A program made the translations under genes and the position numbers. From NCBI GenBank assembly GCA_036528635.1, contig JAIGNE010000024.1:133079-197078 (forward strand): 64,000 nucleotides of DNA, written 5' to 3'. This DNA comes from Deltaproteobacteria bacterium (lineage in GTDB: Bacteria; Desulfobacterota; Syntrophia; Syntrophales; Smithellaceae). The notes under the pieces were generated by a model. The model did no database searches. It worked only from the letters and a program-made list of their open reading frames with translations, and was not told the DNA's origin. Of this stretch, positions 60,911 to 64,000 are shown piece after piece. Positions within the stretch are counted from its first letter, which is position 1; every line of letters begins with the position of its first letter.

Positions 60911-63172
60911 ATGAAGATGGAAACGATATCACTGATTCTTTGCATGTTTGTTTTATCCATGATGATAAGTTGCGCCCATACAACCTCGTCTGTTCAGCTT
61001 TGCGAAAATGAGAAATGCGCGACACTTACTGAACTCGATTCCCAAGATGCCGTATTTTTAAAGCTCACAGACATGATCAAAGCCAATCTCGGTAAAAAAA
61101 TCCCCATGCTGATCAGTTCAGTTAAGGATGGTCCAACAGAAACGTCCATTAATTATGAGTGGATTGAGGTGAGTCGTCAAAAAGGGTACTTGCAGATTCG
61201 TTCGCTCGTCTTTGCTGATATTCTTTTTTTGGACAAGGAAAAAAGGGAGGCCAAGGTGGAAGTTCATCTTCACGTGACTGGTCCCCGGGGATCTAATATT
61301 GCTAAAATGTCCTGTATTGTCGCGGTTAAATCTGCCAAAGAAGTTATTATAGAGGGAAACGTAAAATTACCGCCCTTTGCGACTCTTTACCTTGACGTAT
61401 CGATAAGCTCCATCGATATAGATAGGGCATTATGGACCTCTGTCTTTGAACTGAATATGAATGCGGTTAACGTGCAGTCATTAAAAAAGCAGGGCTATCT
61501 TACACTTTCCTTTCCAATCACTTCTTATCCGAAAACTCTGCAGCAGGCAAAACAGAAGCCGGTGATTCAGCAGACTCAGACGAAGCCCGATAGCACTCTT
61601 AAACCGGATCTGACGTACCGGGTGACCTTTGACGACAAGAGCGGGAAGAAGATCTTTTACGGCGGCGATGAAGTCGGCATCAGGGTGGAAGTGGAAAATA
61701 CCGGTGAAGGCACAGCCCGGGATGTCCAGGCTGTGATTTCAGGTAGTCATGCTCTCGTTTCCTATATCGGCAACCGGAGATTTCTCGGCGATTTGAAAAG
61801 GGGAGAGAAAAAGGCCGTCGTCTTCAGCGCCATGCTGCCGGCCAATATTCCAATGGAGACGGCCAGCGTGCAGGTGGAGGTTGTCGAGGGCCGCGGGTTT
61901 TCCCCGGCGGAAAAGCAGACCTTCGCGACGCATATGAAACCGCTGGCCTCCAAGGAGAGCGTCGAGATCATTGCCTCGCAGATGCCACGTCTGGACTATA
62001 CCGTGGAGATTACCGACCGCAACGGCAACAAGGTGCTGGACAGCAGCGAGGAAATCATCGTCCGGGTGGCGATTGAAAATACGGGTGAAGGCACGGCCGA
62101 CGGCGTCAACATTGAACTTGCAGGTCAGAAAGAAATCATCGATGTCCTGGGCCACGGGGTGAAAGTCGGGGATCTGGGACCGAAGCAGAAGAAGATCTAT
62201 GAATTTAAGGGCACTCTGCCGGCGAGGATACCGACCAATACGGCCCTGTTGAAGGTGAGAATCCATGAGCTGCATGGATACTCGCCCGCCGGGAAGAACT
62301 ACCAGATTGCCATGAAAGCCGCGGAGGACGTTGCCGAGCAGACTGTGGTCATGTCGGAAGTTGATGTGGATGACATTCCGGCCAGGATCAGGGGCTATGA
62401 GAACAGCAGCAACTACGCGGTGGTCATCGGCATCGGCAATTACCGGGACAAGGCCATTCCCAAGGTCAAGTATGCCAACCGGGATGCGGAAACCATGGCC
62501 AGATATCTCGAGCATTTAGCCGGAATCCCGAAAGAGAACATTTTGATCAAAACAGATGCAGACGTTACCAGGGGCGATCTGGAAGACTTTTTTGAAAGCT
62601 GGCTGCCCCGGAGAGCATCTGCTGATTCCACGGTTTACGTTTACTACGCCGGTCACGGCACGCCGGACATTGCCGGCCGGGAGGCTTACATTGTTCCGTA
62701 CGAAGGGCACCCGGATTCTCCAGGCAAGCTCTATCCGCTGAAGAAGATGTATGGCTCGCTTAGCAAGCTGCCCGCGAAGCAGGTCATTGTGATGCTGGAC
62801 AGCTGCTTTTCCGGCGCGGAAGGACGCAGCGTCAGCCGTCAGGGTGCGAGGCCGCTGGTCATGGCGGTCGAGAACCAGGTATTATCGGGGGACAAGATTC
62901 TGGTCATTGCGGGGGCCAAGGGCAACCAGATCAGTTCAGACTATGACAAGGCCAGGCACGGCTTGTTCACCTATTACGCGCTCAGAGGCATCCGTGGAGA
63001 AGCGGACCGCAACGGTGACGGGGTGGTGGCTGTGGGCGAATTCTACGACTATGTCCGGCAAAACGTTTCCCGGAAGGCATCCGTGGAACTGAACCGGGAT
63101 CAGACTCCGGACCTGCTCCCCAGCAGAGCTTCCGCTCACGCGCTGGCCATCCCTCTGTCCAGAACAAAATAA
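60911..63172 (+). CDS. lipoprotein with tandem Ig-like (CARDB-type) repeats, a caspase-like peptidase C14 domain and a C-terminal EF-hand-type loop
   Basis: It has a lipobox (LSMMISC). Two tandem modules of about 110 aa share (V/I)ENTGEGTA. The caspase His/Cys dyad contexts are VYVYYAGHGTP (His582, codon 62654-62656) and VIVMLDSCFSGA (Cys632, codon 62804-62806). DRNGDGVVAVGE (63005-63040) fits the 12-residue EF-hand loop. AAGGAGAA lies upstream of the ATG. Confidence 0.85.
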   Translation: MKMETISLILCMFVLSMMISCAHTTSSVQLCENEKCATLTELDSQDAVFLKLTDMIKANLGKKIPMLISSVKDGPTETSINYEWIEVSRQKGYLQIRSLVFADILFLDKEKREAKVEVHLHVTGPRGSNIAKMSCIVAVKSAKEVIIEGNVKLPPFATLYLDVSISSIDIDRALWTSVFELNMNAVNVQSLKKQGYLTLSFPITSYPKTLQQAKQKPVIQQTQTKPDSTLKPDLTYRVTFDDKSGKKIFYGGDEVGIRVEVENTGEGTARDVQAVISGSHALVSYIGNRRFLGDLKRGEKKAVVFSAMLPANIPMETASVQVEVVEGRGFSPAEKQTFATHMKPLASKESVEIIASQMPRLDYTVEITDRNGNKVLDSSEEIIVRVAIENTGEGTADGVNIELAGQKEIIDVLGHGVKVGDLGPKQKKIYEFKGTLPARIPTNTALLKVRIHELHGYSPAGKNYQIAMKAAEDVAEQTVVMSEVDVDDIPARIRGYENSSNYAVVIGIGNYRDKAIPKVKYANRDAETMARYLEHLAGIPKENILIKTDADVTRGDLEDFFESWLPRRASADSTVYVYYAGHGTPDIAGREAYIVPYEGHPDSPGKLYPLKKMYGSLSKLPAKQVIVMLDSCFSGAEGRSVSRQGARPLVMAVENQVLSGDKILVIAGAKGNQISSDYDKARHGLFTYYALRGIRGEADRNGDGVVAVGEFYDYVRQNVSRKASVELNRDQTPDLLPSRASAHALAIPLSRTK

Positions 63173-63463
63173 AATAAAAAACATTGATAAAGAAATGCAG
63201 AAACAATTTATCTATGTTTCAATTCAGCAAGAAAATAAATTTGATAGTTTGAGTCCGGAAGCATTCGACGGAGATAAGGTTCTCATGTTTGGAATGAGGG
63301 AGCTTTAACTCTAAAAAAGTATTGCGACCAACCTGTTTTATCCTGCCCAACCCTACAATCTTTGCCTTGCCCAGTAGGAACATTTTTCCCGATTCGTATT
63401 TTTGAAAAATAAATGTGATTTGTAAATATATGATAATATAGAGAATAAAAACTGAATATCCGA

Positions 63464-63479
63464 TGGCATGCCTCTTGCT
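63464..63479 (+). promoter_or_regulatory. sigma-54 promoter of the downstream flagellar gene
   Basis: TGGCATGCCTCTTGCT, about 40 nt upstream of the ATG at 63518. Confidence 0.75.
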
Positions 63480-63517
63480 CTCAGGTTCATTAAAATAGAT
63501 GTGGAGGAAGTACGGAC

Positions 63518-64000
63518 ATGTCTAGAGGAATAACTGCCGAAGCAAATCCGGAAATGAGTATTGGAAACCTGCTGCAAATGTTCAAGGCGGCCGGTTTGGA
63601 TAAAATAACGGCGAATGGAAACAATGTCGCTGGCGGAAGCAATAACACCGAAAATGGAAATAAATTTTTCCAGGTATTGCAAGAGCATGTGGCTGCACTT
63701 CTTCAATCTGAGCAACCGAGTATTGCCCCGGAGACAACGTCGAAACAGGACTTATCTTTAGTTTTGGAAAAACTGTTGCAGGGAGATAAAAGTGCTGCGG
63801 ATGAAATTCTCTCAGAATTGGCATTATTGGGAATTAACGGCAAGCCAGAAGGACGTGTTGATGATAAATCTAAAGTTCCTGGAGAAACATTTATCAGATT
63901 CATTCCATCTTCGGAAACACCCGAAAAAAGTAATCTGAATCCAGTTACAGGAAGACCTTATATTGTAGGCAATATCAGCGGTCCGGAAGGCTTTAGCAAT
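63518..64000 (+). CDS. flagellar-cluster protein, probably the N-terminus of the hook-length control protein FliK (partial; continues beyond the window)
   Basis: The ATG has GGAGG 10 nt upstream. The open frame runs to the window end with no stop, which is why it is absent from the ORF track. The sequence is low-complexity and Ser/Glu/Asn-rich. It occupies the position after fliJ/motE where fliK normally sits and has its own sigma-54 promoter. Confidence 0.45.
   Translation, partial: MSRGITAEANPEMSIGNLLQMFKAAGLDKITANGNNVAGGSNNTENGNKFFQVLQEHVAALLQSEQPSIAPETTSKQDLSLVLEKLLQGDKSAADEILSELALLGINGKPEGRVDDKSKVPGETFIRFIPSSETPEKSNLNPVTGRPYIVGNISGPEGFSN

Noticed and set aside
63195-63308. 37-codon ORF (MQKQFIYVSIQQENKF...) just after the caspase-like gene.
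   Set aside because: It has no Shine-Dalgarno and lies in AT-rich spacer DNA where short ORFs arise by chance. I cannot evaluate its conservation.
60633-63463. The idea that the caspase-like gene is carried by a mobile element.
   Set aside because: I found no integrase, transposase or recombinase gene, no flanking direct or inverted repeats by eye, and no tRNA attachment site. Only the AT-rich flanks hint at foreign origin, so I report it as an insertion-like context and not as a mobile element.

Overview
This is a chromosomal segment from a motile, probably anaerobic bacterium. Gene content and the heavy use of sigma-54 suggest a Desulfobacterota/deltaproteobacterium-like organism, but that is inference only and no search was possible. 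I found no rRNA, tRNA, CRISPR array, transposase or integrase. From 5' to 3' the window contains: (1) the 3' end of a sigma-54 activator gene, then a sigma-54 promoter driving a glycyl-radical enzyme (GRE), its radical-SAM activase, a 47-codon signal-peptide ORF that the ORF track missed, an adenylate-forming CoA ligase and an oversized orphan LIV-type binding protein. (2) A minus-strand housekeeping block: Rrf2 regulator, nadA, metX, metW, RidA, MOSC. (3) Cell-envelope genes: a PBP5-like carboxypeptidase, an MltD-like transglycosylase and lipoproteins. (4) alsD and a complete livFGMH plus binding-protein operon. (5) DUF4301, a PP-loop/DUF814 fusion, a LysM protein, DUF1385, an HD hydrolase, mscL and an enoyl-CoA hydratase-family gene. 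(6) A GerMN protein plus an EF-G gene, a cyclase-family protein and a class III nucleotidyl cyclase. (7) A large motility region from 36.4 kb to the end. It holds an NtrC-type activator divergent from a sigma-54-driven che operon (cheR-cheD-HDOD-cheY-cheX-like-cheB-cheA-cheY-cheX, with no cheW or MCP). It also holds a sigma-54-driven PilZ-motA-motB operon and a sigma-54-driven SPOR/TPR protein plus histidine kinase plus activator operon. Next come flgBC-fliEFGHIJ and a motE-like gene, then a caspase-like (peptidase C14) lipoprotein gene wedged in before a further sigma-54-driven flagellar gene (fliK-like, partial). The best candidates for new biology are the uncharacterised GRE locus and the caspase/EF-hand lipoprotein gene that interrupts the flagellar cluster. 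Two intergenic RNA candidates and the six-promoter sigma-54 wiring also merit follow-up.
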